DNA of 64,000 nt from Octopus sinensis (lineage: Eukaryota): contig NC_042997.1 of NCBI RefSeq assembly GCF_006345805.1, positions 116,746,001 to 116,810,000 of the forward strand, in the 5' to 3' direction. Positions within the stretch are counted from its first letter, which is position 1. Every line of letters starts with the position of its first letter. Below, piece after piece: positions 38,059 to 50,911 of the stretch. The notes under the pieces were generated by a model, which was given only the letters and a program-made list of their open reading frames with translations, did not search any database and had not been told where the DNA came from. The translations under genes and the position numbers were made by a program.

Positions 38059-38620
38059 AAGGAGGTGAGCTGGCAGAAACGTTAGCACGCCGGGCGAAAT
38101 GCGTAGCCGTATTTCATCTGCCGTTACGTTCTGGGTTCAAATTCCGCCGAGGTCGACTTTGCCTTTCATCCTTTCGGGGTCGATAATTTAAGTACCAGTT
38201 ACGCACTGGGGTTGATGTAATCGACTTAATCCGTTTGTCTGTCCTTGTTTGTCCTCTCTGTGTTTAGCCCCTTGTGGGTAGTAAAGAAATACGTATTTCG
38301 TCTGCCACTACGCTCTGTGTTCAAATTCCACCGAGGTCGACTAATTAAGTACCAGTTACGCACTGGGGTCGATATAATCGACTTAATCCGTTTGTCTGTC
38401 CTTGTTTGTCCTCTCGATGTTAAGCCTCTTGTGGGTAGTAAAGAAATAGTTATTTCGTCTAACTTTACGTTCTGAGTTCTAATTCTGCTGAGGTCGACTT
38501 TGCCTTTCATCTTTTTGGGGTCGATGAATTAAGTACCAGTTGCGTACTGGGTCGATCTAATCGACTGCCCACCCCTCCCACCAAACTTCAGGCCTTGTGC
38601 CGAGAGTAGAAAAGATTATT
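38059..38620 (+). mobile_element. SINE-A trimer
   Basis: Full unit to 38291, second unit 38292-38448, third unit from 38449 ending in the alternative tail. Both junctions read AAAGAAATA|NNTATTTCGTCT. Confidence 0.9.
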
Positions 38621-38695
38621 AGTTAGTTGGTTAAATATTTAACTAACTAATCTATTGTTTGTTTATCTTGGTTAAACAGTAAGTCATAAATACAT

Positions 38696-38737
<42 letters not shown>

Positions 38738-39404
38738 GTATACACACGCGCATGCCGGCACGAGGACACAGGCACACAACAAGATCTTACGCGGCTTTTG
38801 TATTGGATAAAGAGGAAGTCATTGAAAAGATTGTAAATAACAACGAAAGAGCTTTGAGAGAGAGAGAAAAAAAGACTTACTGTTTAAACAAGTTAAACAA
38901 AGAATCGATTAGTTAGTTGGATAGTTAACCAAACTGACTAATAGTAAAGCAGTGGAGCTGAACTAGTGCGTGTGTTACTTATATTTGCATAATGACTCTC
39001 CCTAGACACAGCAAAATTTGTTTCAACACACGAATTCGCGTAAAGAATCTTACAAACCAGATACAAAAATTATGTTAAGTCTTAACTTAAAATTTGCTGG
39101 GAATATGTTGAAAATGACCTTTATACACAGAAAGAAATTATTACTCATACGCACAAATATTAAGATACGAAAGAATTTCAAACTGCAAAGGCATTGTGAG
39201 CACTGAAAGATCTCTGCGGATGCAATGTTGCAAAGAGGATGGTGGCTGAGTATTCCTGCAGGAATATTTTAACATCGACGCGGAAATGTCTAAGCGCAAG
39301 CAGGTACGTGTTGGCCCATATACATAATAGTTTCGTATCTGTGTGCTATAGTCTTACATAATGGTTCTTATAATAATGTGTAGTAAAGAGTATCTAGAAG
39401 CGCC

Positions 39405-40385
39405 TGCTGTGTGACAAAGAGTTTGCTTTCCGACCACCTGGTTCCGGGTTCAGTCTCCATGCGTGGCACCTTAAGCAAGTGACATCTAGTATAGCAATGG
39501 GCTGACCAAAGCCTTGTGAGTGCATTTGGTAGACGGAAACTAAAAGAAGCCCGTCATATATTCTTCTATTCTGTGACTTGTTTCAGTCATTTGACTGCGG
39601 CCATGCTGGCGCACTGCCTTGAGTACTTCTAAGTTACAAGGACATAAACAAACCAGCATCGGTTGTCAAGCGATGTCGGGTGCATATACACAGACACACA
39701 AATATATACATACATACACACGCAAATACACACACACATATATCCGACGGGCTTCTTTCAATTTTCCGTCTACCAGATTTACTCAAAAGGCTTTGGTCGG
39801 CCCGTGGCTTTAGTAGGAGGTACAATGGCCCAGTAGTTAGGGAAGCAGACTCACGGTCGTAGCATCGCGGTTTCGATTCCCAGACCGGGCGTTGTGAATG
39901 TTTATTGAGCGAAAACACCTAAAGCTCTTTCACCACAACTTTCTTCCTGTTTCTGTTGTACCTGTATTTCAAAGGACCAGGCTTGTCATACTCTGTGTCA
40001 CGCTGAATCTCCCCGAGAACTACATTAAGGGTATACGTGTCTGTGGAGTGCTCAGCCACTTGCACGTTAATTTCACGAGCAGACTGTTCCTTTGATCGGA
40101 TCAACTGATACCCTCGTCGTAGTAACCGACGGAGTGCCGCGATATATATAAATATATATATATATGTCTTTGTCTCCCACGACCGCTTGACAACCGACGT
40201 TGGTCTGTTTACGTTCCCATAATCTAACTGTTCGGCAAAAGTTACTGAGAGAATAAATACCAGGTTCAAAAAAAAAATAAATAAATAAAAATAAGTGGTG
40301 GGATTGATCCATTCGACTAAAATTGTCCAAGGTGGTGCCCCAGCTTGACCACAATCTGATGACTGAAGCAAGTAAAAGAATAATA
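39405..40385. mobile_element. Nested SINEs: outer SINE-B (+) split by an inner SINE-B (-) and a C-head/D-tail SINE (+)
   Basis: B head 39405-39560 (+); B tail and middle 39565-39810 (-); C-type head from about 39815 joined to a D-type tail ending ACCGACGGAGTGCC at about 40139; B tail 40160-40385 (+). Confidence 0.75.
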
Positions 40386-40679
40386 GAATAAATTCCATAT
40401 TAAAGCTTGGGCGTCTTGAAAAAGAGTTATTTATGAATTTGTTAAAAAACGAACACGATTAAGAACACATGGCGAGCAATAGATTTCATTGCAGAGAGTC
40501 CTCGTAATTTTTATTTCTTATGTTTTTGTTTCCCAGTGCGCATTGACGTTTTAAAGACTGGCAACCGTTCATCGTATATGTCCGCATCGGTGTGAAAATT
40601 AGATTAAGCAATTTAAAATGATTCAAAATCATGACATTAGCAAATTACCCAGGCATGCCTTTTTCATGAAGAATATGAC

Positions 40680-40843
40680 AGTAAAGCGCACACGTGACTG
40701 TGTGGTAAGAAGCCTGCTTTCCAACTACATTTTTCTGGATTCAATTCTTCTGCATGACATTTTGGGCAAGTGTTTTCTTCTATAGCCTCAGGCCGACCTA
40801 AGCTTTGTGGATTTAGTAGACGGAAACTGAAAGAAGCCCGTCG

Positions 40844-40875
<32 letters not shown>

Positions 40876-41059
40876 GTAGTCCCTCGCAATATCGCGGTTT
40901 ATTATTTAAGCTTATGTCGATTCCTCCGTGGTGTTGTTTCGTATTTATAATAAAATAAATATATACAAATATAAAAATGAAAATAAAAATGTACATTGCA
41001 GTACTGTTTTTACTTCGCAGTCACCTATCGCGTGGGATTTTGGGATAGTCGAAGGATTA

Positions 41060-41143
<84 letters not shown>

Positions 41144-41335
41144 AGTTATCCCCACCCACCGATTTGCAACCAGTGATCGTGTATTTACGTCCCAGTTATC
41201 TAGCAGTTTGGTAGAAGTGACCGATAGAAAAAGTACCAGGCTTTAAATAAATAAGTACTGAGGGCGATTTATTCAACAAAAAATTTTTTTAAGGCGATGC
41301 CTCAGCATGGCCGCAGTCGAATGCCTAAAGCAAGA
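40680..41335 (+). mobile_element. SINE-B interrupted by a MITE
   Basis: Head 40680-40845, tail 41140-41335. Confidence 0.8.
40874..41062. mobile_element. pogo/Tigger-like MITE, 189 bp, TA target
   Basis: TA|CAGTAGTCCCTCG ... CGAAGGATTACTG|TA; TIRs match at 11/13. Confidence 0.75.
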
Positions 41336-41468
41336 TGAAATATGTACATGTAAATATACATGTGTGTGTGTGTTTCTATGTTGTCAGATAAGGATTGTAT
41401 TTTTCATTTCCGGAAGAGAAGATACTTTTCAGCAAGTCAATGCTTTATGTTTTATGGCATAATTGATA

Positions 41469-41862
41469 TCTTTATATATAAAAGTCAAGTTGTATGTCTG
41501 TCTCCTACGATTTAGATTCCTAACTACTCCCACAATTTGCGGTGCAGTGTAACCAAAAGGGGTATCTTATAGTCGTGATTCATATCGAGCCCTTCTGGGT
41601 ATTAGCGTGCGTCTACGATGAGTCTACGATTTTAAAAATAATTTACCATCATTTTTTTCCATTTTAATGCATTTTTTCGCTATTAAGGGAAATAACTCTC
41701 TAAAAATGTCTACGATGAGTCAACGATTTAAAAAAAAATTTACAATAATTTTTTTTCCATTTTTAATGCATTTTTTTTGCTATTTTTTGGCTATAACTCT
41801 CTAAAAATGCTTATATAGTTATTTCCCTTACAAGCCCGAGCAACGCCGGGCGATACTGCTAG
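41469..41862 (+). mobile_element. Non-autonomous Helitron, 394 bp
   Basis: A|TCTTTATATATAAAAG 5' end; GCCCG-8nt-CGGGC hairpin (41834-41851) then CTAG|T; inserted between A and T with no TSD. Confidence 0.9.
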
Positions 41863-42124
41863 TCGTACATAAAACATAACTGGAAAGATATCACGTCTTA
41901 CTGGTGTTGGATTAACGGAGAATCTTGCCTCTCACAATATAGAAAAAATTCTCATGTCACCAGCACAAGCAAAATGGAAAAGGCTTTGCCCCGGAGGATA
42001 CTCTTACCAGCCGTTCGTTTCAGTTAAACATGCATACACACTCACAAACACGCACACTCAAACATACACGCATACACATACATGTACGTGTGTTTGTGTG
42101 GGTTTGTGTTTATAGATTTTGGCT

Positions 42125-42565
42125 TCACATTTTGTCACACAACCAGCAATTTCAGAGAAGGAGTAGTCGATTAAACCAACCTCAGATATTATGTAGTACT
42201 TACTTTATCAACCCCGAAAGCATTAAAGGCAAAGTCGACTTCGGCGGAATTTGAACTCTAGACATAAAGACGGACGAAATACCGCTAAACCTTCTGCCCA
42301 GCATGATAACGATTCCGCCAGCTTACTGCATTTTTCTGTTTATAGATACTGGCTTCAAATTTTGCCGGAATGCCAGAAGTTTTAGAGGAGCAGGTAAGTC
42401 GATTACATCCACCCCAGCACTCAACTGATACTTATTTTATCGACCCCGAAATGATGTTAAGCAAAATCAAATCCGGTGACATTTGAACTCATAACGTAAA
42501 GTCGGATGAAATGTCACTAAGCGTTTTGACCGGTCTGTTAACAGTTCTACTTGCTCGCTCCCTTG
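42125..42565 (-). mobile_element. Two old SINE-A copies in tandem
   Basis: AAAGGCAAAGTCGACTTCGGCGGAATTTGAACTC and a second degraded block. Confidence 0.7.
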
Positions 42566-44879
42566 TGTGTTTATAGATATTAACGTATGTTTCATATTTC
42601 TATGAATTTTAGATTGAATATAAATCTTTCATCCAATTTCTATAATCAGTTGCAATATTTCCTTTCAACTTTGGGTATAGCCACAACAAAAGCATAACAG
42701 TTTAACAGCTGCTTCTAATTTCTAAATCCACTGAAAGTATTTCGATTCCTGATAATCGCATCTCTATTTGTGTAATTAACTACATCAGATATAATCTTTT
42801 GATCCTCACCATACTCATTTAAATTAAAATTTCAAATATATTTGAAGGACTGTCCCTATAATTTATCAAACCTGTTACAAATGATTGCTTTCAAACAGGC
42901 AACAACATGCTGTATATAAACGTAGAGGAGATATGCATGGAAGGAACAAATGAACAATAAAATTTACCGTTCGAAGAAACTAATGATGGGTTATGTCTGT
43001 ACGATATAATTAATTTAGTTAATATTCCATCAGAGAAAATGGGAATACTTAAACTGTTAGAACTCACTCTCCTCGCGGCGCATGGATTTATGCTGTTCTA
43101 ACAAATATTGTAAACATTTAAAGCATATATGACTGCTAGCTGCTGTATATGCCAGTATTTGTTTCATCTATCACCCTTTTTTTCATCCTATCATTCGAAT
43201 ATTTTTTTGATGTTTTGTGTCCCCAATGTGTTGTAGTGTCCTATCTATGTAAAACCGTATGGTGAATAAAAAAATAGCAGTATTTGTTTCATTTGCCTTT
43301 TGGTTATCTAAATTTAAACAGGAATGGTCATTATTTTCTTAAAACAAAAAGATCGTTAGTAACCTAAAATTTAAGAAAATGATCCGAAAATTACGACCAA
43401 ATATTTTAAACTAATAATATGAAAATTGAAAGAAAATATTGATAGAATACATTGAGAAAGCAGCAACCAAATATAAAATAATATAAAAGAATAATGTGCA
43501 GTGAAAATTGATATAGTTGTGCAAAGAAAAGGTTTGATCATAAATAATTTACAAGCTGTCAGTTTTATAACTATCTTTTTTATATGAATACGCATCTTGA
43601 AGCAAAATATTTTCTGTTTTGTTTATTTATAAGAAATAAAATAAATGTTCATAGTATTACATTTATTTCATAATTCTCTTCCTGGTCGCGACCAGTTTGC
43701 TGAGACAATGCAAAAGTGTCACCATCAAGAAGTCTTTGTCTCACAGGGAATTCGAACGTAAGCTCAGATCTCTGGAGCATTTCTTTACAAAACTCGAGTT
43801 GGTAAACACTGAGTCTGGCCCAAGAATTTAATAATAATTTCTCTTGTTATTTTCGGCTAAATTCTAATTTTAAATAATTGCATTTTATTTGTGATGAAAT
43901 ATATTATTTCATTTAAATAGATATTTACACTATTTAGATGTTCGTCTCCTTCTACCAGTGAAGCAGAACAAATTACCCGCTCCGTCTATGCGTGTGCTTG
44001 TATGTTTGCGTAAAAACAAAACTCATTCATCGCTTTCATTAGTTGACTGTTTTCCTTTTATTGTTTTCTCCTTACGCCAGAAAGATACGTATGACTAAAT
44101 GTTGATGAAATTACGAAGAAAATCAATGGGGAGATAGATAGCAATTTTAGATCGGATGACAACCATATCATTTGTTCAATAGCAGCCTAATAGTCGTTCA
44201 ACATTTAAACAATAATTTGTTTTGTAAGTCTAGGTTTAATAGATCAGATCACGGAAATATTTTAGTGTCCATGGTAACCATCCAAATAAAGTCCGGCATA
44301 TAGACAGCTAATCCAAATTTGGTAAAAATTGCAAGCGTTCTGATTAATTTGATTAAGAGCTGCAAAAAGAATTACCCACAATAAGTATTATAAAACCGTG
44401 CACGATCAATGACGAAAGTTTTTTTTTTCTCCAAAATGATAGATAAAACAATGAAATTATTTCGTTTGGTCTTAAACAGGATATTAAATCTCTAATTGCA
44501 TCTACATAGATTTTATATTGCCTTTAAATGCACTTAAAATACATGAACAGACGATTTAACTTATTTCAACGTTAGATCAGAAGTAAAGGCTTTCAAATTT
44601 CATGCAATGTATGTAGAAAACTTTTCTTTCCAAGCTATCTTCGTGGTATAATCTGTAATTAGTCATAATATAATAAAAGTAATTAAAACTTTGTCACTTA
44701 TGCAGTATTCTTTATAATTGTTGCAGAGATCGTTGTGGTTACCTAGATCAATGTTGATAATTTTTATTCTATTGATCTACTTAGACTCCTAGATGGACTA
44801 TGAATCTAATCTTGCTATCAAAAGTACTCCATATAAGATCAATGGTTTGAGGTTGTAAATGTAATTCTTATTATCGTAA

Positions 44880-45105
44880 CGTTTATTTTCGCTTGCTTAT
44901 CTTTTTTCTCTTCCAATTCTGCGCAAAAGCTATTGTACGATCTCGGATGATGTTTTGTCACATTATTCTTTCCATATCATTGGTTTTCAAGCTGTACATA
45001 TCAATGTTACATTTCTTCTTGTAGGCGTTTTAATACATTTTTGTATCTCTTTTGTTATCCGTTCCTTTTACATGTGACTTCTTTCGGCATGCGTTTGTCT
45101 TTCAT
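44880..45105 (-). mobile_element. RTE LINE C-terminal remnant
   Basis: MKDKRMPKE...QKRYKNVLK..KKCNID...ERIM*QNII...DKQAK fits M.D.R.PK...KRYKD.LK...KC.ID...DR..W...DKR.KRK. Confidence 0.6.
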
Positions 45106-45159
45106 TTGAAAACATACTACTCAATTTTAGTTGATTCTTGATGGAGGTTTACTTGTATC

Positions 45160-45575
45160 ATTGCATATTAGTGCTGATTTTATAGATCCCAAAAGGTTGA
45201 AGACAAATTCGACACTGGCGGCGTTTCAACTCAGAATGTGCAGTTGGAAGAAATGCCGTTAAGAATTTTTTTCCGGTGCCGTAACATCTCTGCCAGTTCA
45301 CTACCTTGTATACCTTGTGAAGCGTTATGTATATTAATATCATAATACATATTAAATATAAGGCGGCGAGCTGGCAGAAACGTTGAACACCGGGCGAAAT
45401 GCTTAGCGGCACTTCGTCTGTTTTTACGTTCTGAGTTCAGGATTCCACCGAGGTCGACTTTGCCTTTTATCCTTTCGGGGTCGATAAATTAAGTACCAGT
45501 TGCGTACTGGAATCGATCTAATCGACTGGACCCCTCCTCAAAAATTTCAGGCCTTGTGCCTAGTGTAGAAAAGAA
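45160..45575. mobile_element. Head-to-head SINE-A pair
   Basis: Old minus copy 45160-45310; plus copy 45360-45575 with the alternative tail. Confidence 0.8.
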
Positions 45576-45652
45576 TATATATTAAATATGGTGCAAATAT
45601 TATCTGATATAAACTCGACCAGCCCACCGTCGTGTAAAACTCATGTAGATTG

Positions 45653-45701
<49 letters not shown>

Positions 45702-46614
45702 ATATATAACAATCTACATATGTATATGTATGTTTGTATGTATGAGTGTGTGTATTCCCCTGGATAATGCACGTCAAAAGTCTTCCTTAATAATTTAGAT
45801 TTTCGATAACATTTTAGAAACTTTCACTAAAAATGTCGAGCTAAAACACTTGAAGAATTAGTCAGTTTATCTTCATACTGGAGTAATCGATTTTTAAAAT
45901 CCATATCCAATTCCACATTTAGAGATGATAACATATCCCAGATGTAACATAATCTAATTCAATAAAATTTGCGCCTAAAATAGGTTTCTAAAATTTTTTC
46001 CAAACAAAATATTTTCTACTACAAAAGCGAACACCTAATCCGTTTCAAACCCCGCCTACATCAAATAAACAAATAATTAAATAGGTAAATGAAATAAAAA
46101 TATTAAAGGAGTAAAAATTGGCACATACTATTGGAAGAAAGTGAACTTGTATTATAATGCAATCATTTCATAGAAAAATATTCTTTAGCGTAGTAAAAAA
46201 TGCTGAAATGCATTTCAGAATCGTATTTTTTTAATAGAAAAAAAAGAGAAAGTCTAATCCACTCTGATGAAAAAGTAAATCTATATGTAAAATACACACC
46301 AAAAATGAGCGCACACCACTGTGAGGAAGTGAGCTCGCATTGTTAGGAATTGAAAACATCACTTAACCATTGAAAATCAAAATATCTTATTACTAGACGG
46401 TACAGTGAATTTATACATTGTTCTCTAAACAATAACGCATACAGCTACACAAGCTGTCCCTCCTACTTTCATAACTTACTACTTATTTTTCTTTGAGCGA
46501 AAAATACAAAAAATGTGTATTTATTTTACTGATCGAAAATTTTTGAAAGAACGTGCACCGGTTTTAGTCGCCATGTTACCGCCATTATTTATTATTCCGC
46601 TGAATTGTATCAAA

Positions 46615-47055
46615 ATAATTCTTCCTTATTTTGGCACAAGGGCAGCAATTTTGAGGAGTGAGGAAATCGACGCAGTGCTCAAATGATTCTTGTTTTATTC
46701 ATAGCAAAAGAACGAAAGGCAAAGTCGCCCTTGGTGGAATTTGAACTCAGAAAGTTAAGAAAGACGAAATGCCGAAAAGCACTTTGCCGGGAGTACTAAC
46801 GCTTCTGCCAGCACGTCACCTTATTACGTTGTAATAATCCTTTCCAATTTCGGCACAAGGCCTTAGATTTGGTTGGAACGGAGGTAGTCGATTACACCGA
46901 CCCCAGTACACAACTGGTTCTTATTTTATCGATTCCGAGAAGATGAAAGGCAAGGTCAACCACGTCGGAACTTGGACTTAGAATGTAAAGACAGACGAAA
47001 TGCTGCTAAGCAATTTTCCCAGCGTGCGAACAATTCTGCCAGCTCGCCACCTTAT
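46615..47055 (-). mobile_element. Two old SINE-A copies in tandem
   Basis: Degraded family A blocks ending CCAGCACGTCACCTTA and CCAGCTCGCCACCTTA. Confidence 0.7.
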
Positions 47056-48143
47056 TGTGTCGAAATAACAAATGTAATTCGTGGGTTTCTCCTTCCCAAA
47101 ATAATGTTAAACTAAGTTGTTCTCCAAAAGTTGAGCCTTTGCAACCATAGATACACAGAATGTTGAAGTGACACAACGGAAAATGTAAGCATATCGTGAA
47201 GAAAATGCATTAAATTACAAATACAACAAAAAATTGACAAATTTATTCAGAGCCTCGGATGGTGTGCTGACTTCTTCGTTAAACAAGGTAACAAGCAAAT
47301 CCTTAAATCCAATTTTGTGGAAATGCTCGCGAAATAATATTTTATTTCAGTTATTTTAAAACAGTTTTCGATTATACAAGAATCTCAACTTCCGAAAGCA
47401 AAATAACAGCTTCTACGACAAGTTAAATAAAAATTCATGTCAAATATACAAAAAAATTTTAAAAATCAACCACAATCAAGCATAACAAAAAAACAACAAC
47501 TCTGCATCAAATAGACCAAAACGCCTACCAACAGCATGCAGTCATTAGTAATTATGACAGAAACATCATGAACAAAATATAAGATGCATATATGTATATA
47601 AGTGTGTGTGCGTGTGATTGAATGAAACGCCACAGGATTCAAATATAAAACAATTATATGTAGAAATTCTAAGCACTGTTTTAGTAGTACCCAGAGGTAT
47701 TAATACAATTATTTTCTTTTTGAATGCATAAGAAATATGGTATTTGAATTCTGTTACATTTCAACTAGGTAGTGTTTCGGTCCTTGTTTTCGTGGATAAA
47801 ATTTAACTTATTCGCATCTGTCAGAATCTATGAACATTTCAAGCCATCACATGTTGCGATTGGTTTTCAGTTTCAACTTGAGCTGTTCAATGTCTACAGG
47901 AAAAACGAAGATCGAGTGAGAGTTCCTGATGACTGTAGATGCTGGTAGCAATCACTGGTTTAAGTGGGTAAATGCATGATTGTGTGGTTAATAGAGTCGC
48001 CGTTTCGGATTTGAACCTACTGTGCTGCACACTAGAAAAATAATTTCTAACATGATCAATAGATAACTCGGTTTTTTGTTTGCACTAATTTGATAGACTC
48101 AAACTGTATTGAAGCTCATCATACAAACAGACTCGGACATACG

Positions 48144-48192
<49 letters not shown>

Positions 48193-48702
48193 TCTGTGTA
48201 GATGTTTGTTTCGTCGGTTGACATTGGCAATGAATATAAATACCGGCGAGAAAACCTTAACAAATCGGTGCTTTAGAACCGAAGTTCCCTGAAATATAAA
48301 GGGCTACACAATTGATAATTTCAGCGTCAAAAATGCAGTGAATCAATGAATTTCGGTCTGTTGGAAATATATATAATGAACAACATTTTTGTTCACAAAT
48401 TGTAATATATTGAACTGTTTATGATGGCGAGAGAGTCATTAATGAATTGATTAAAAAACAAAAATTGAACTATGGTGGTGCACAAGAGTAAATCTTGTTG
48501 GCAGAAATTGTATGTAGAGGGGTAGTTTACAAGAAATTTAATTCCATTCTAAGACATGATAGGTATAATAAACTATTTTGCTGATGTTTATGACCGTAAT
48601 ATTACTTTTTATCATGTCATCAATGGCGCAAAACCACTGGCACCAGTTTTCCGTTAGATCTGGCTCTATGGAAACCCTTCTACTGGTCACTGGGAATACT
48701 AT

Positions 48703-48897
48703 TTTACTCTCTTTACTCTTTTACTTGTTTCAGTCATTTGACTGTGGCCATGCTGGAGCACCGCTTTTAGTCGAGCAAATCGACCCCAGGACTTATTCTT
48801 TGTAAGCCTAGTACTTATTCTATCGGTCTCTTTTGCCGAACCGCTATGTTACGGGGACGTAAACACACCGACATCGGTTGTCAAGCAATGTTGGGGA

Positions 48898-48973
<76 letters not shown>

Positions 48974-49378
48974 TATATGTGGAGGCGCAATGGCCCAGTG
49001 GTTAGGGCAGCGTACTCGCGGTTGTAGGATCGCGGTTTCGATTCCCAGACCGGGCGTCGTGAGTGTTTATTGAGCAAAAACGCCTAAAGCTCCACCAGGC
49101 TCCGGCATGGGGTGGTGGCGATCCCTGCTGTACTCTTTCGCCACAACTTTCTCTCACTCTTTCTTCTGCTGGCTAGCGGGGTGGCATCATTTGGAGGCTG
49201 AAACAATGCGAAGCGCATTGTGACCAGCGGTGATATATACATATATACGACGGGCTTCTTTCAGTTTCCGTCTACCAAATCTACTCACAAGGCTTTGGTC
49301 GGCCCGAGGCTATAGTAGAAGACACTTGCCCAAGGTGCCATGCAGTGGGACTGAACCCGGAACCATGTGGTTGGTAGG
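48703..49378 (-). mobile_element. SINE-B split by SINE-C in its internal microsatellite
   Basis: Tail 48703-48900, head 49245-49378. Confidence 0.88.
48981..49233 (+). mobile_element. SINE-C
   Basis: GGAGGCGCAATGGCCCAGTGG head through GCGCATTGTGACCAGCG. Confidence 0.9.
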
Positions 49379-50549
49379 AGCGAGAAATTTAAAGTAATGC
49401 AGTTGTTTGCGTCTGTCGCTGGAAAACAAGATCTCATCATTTACGCAATCACATTATGTTTGCACTAACCCCGTCCCACTTAAATTATCGATGTCGCTTT
49501 GCTTCTTTTGTACACTTTCTTGCTTTATCTACAGCACAGCTCATAACTTTTATTCAATGTTCCACTAAATTACGTCAGAATCTGAACTCTGCGCAGATTT
49601 ATTCTCTCTTCAATAATGCTTAACATTTGATTCGACGTGTAGGCGAGAATTAATCCTAAATTGTAATTAGTGGAAGAAGACTAATCATAACCATCCGATC
49701 TGATGAACTGAAATAGTATCGTTAGTCGACAAGCATATGCCATTGTAACTGTGATGCTTTTTTAATGATAATGACTAAAAGGAAATTAAACGACATAGTG
49801 CATATTAAACTTACACTGGATCATCCCACAGAAGTATAATTGAGTAAAAGCGTAGGTTTGGCCGTGTGTGCTTAAGATACTTGCTTTGCAAGTACATGAT
49901 TTCGGTCTTGATCCCTTTGCGCTGCACATTTAGTAAGTGTGTTTTGCTATAGCTCTAGGCTGAGCAATGCCGTGTGCGTGAATTTTTTAGATGGGTACTG
50001 TATGGAATCCCAATGTGTGTTTGTGTGTATATATATATATATATAAACATATTCTCAATTTAAAATAGTGTACATTTAAACACGAGAGACTACCTTTTAA
50101 CTGGTAATTTTACACGCTAGAACAAGCAGTCAAAACGACCGAAACCACATTTAAGAGCAATTTTCAAAGGGAATGAAAATTAAAAACTTTTACTTTATTT
50201 TTTTAAGGATATACCTAGGTTCCAAATTTTTGTTAGCAAATATATATATAGTATGTGTCTGTGTTTGTCCCCATCCACTACTAAAACACTGGTGGCTTGT
50301 TTATGTAACTTACCGGATTGACAAAAGACACAGATGGGATAAGTTAAATGAGTGAAACGAGCAAAACCATAGTGAAATACGTTTAATTCTCCAGAACGTA
50401 AATATCACGTGTGAAGTAACAAAGCGACGTCATACAGGTGGAGCTATAAGTCTTTTATGCCGATCCTAAAAAAATTTTGAAAAATATAAGGCTCACCTTT
50501 GATATCCCTAATCCTAATCTTTTTCAAGTCAAAATGTAAATATTCTTTT

Positions 50550-50911
50550 CTTTGATTGTCATTTGACTGAAGCCATGCTGGAGCACCGCCTTTAGTCGAA
50601 TAAATCGACCCCAGGACTTATTCTTTGTAAGTCTATCAGTATCCCTTTTGACGAACCGCAAAGTTACGGGGACGTAAACACACCAGCATCGATTGTCAAG
50701 CGATGGTGGGAGTCAAACATACACACACATACATACATACATGCATAAATACACGGGCTTTCAGTTTCCGTCTACCAAATCCACTGACAAGGCTTTGGTA
50801 GGCCCGAGGCTGTAGTAGAAAACACTTGCCAAAAGTGCCACGCAGTGGGACTGAACCCGGAACTATGTGGCTGGCAAGCAAGCAGCTTACCACACAGTCA
50901 CTCCTGCGCCT
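50550..50911 (-). mobile_element. SINE-B, near full length
   Basis: Ends CACAGTCACTCCTGCGCCT on the plus strand (the 5' end of the SINE). Confidence 0.9.

Noticed and set aside
47825-47960. Good acceptors on both strands with short open frames (FQLELFNVYRKNEDR; IEQLKLKLKTNRNM*)
   Set aside because: Short, mutually exclusive and unrecognised; nothing to choose between them without RNA data
48420-48700. Fragments reminiscent of an OTU protease (YGGAQE, IWLYG..GHWE)
   Set aside because: Requires several stops and frameshifts and has no clear catalytic Cys motif; probably over-reading
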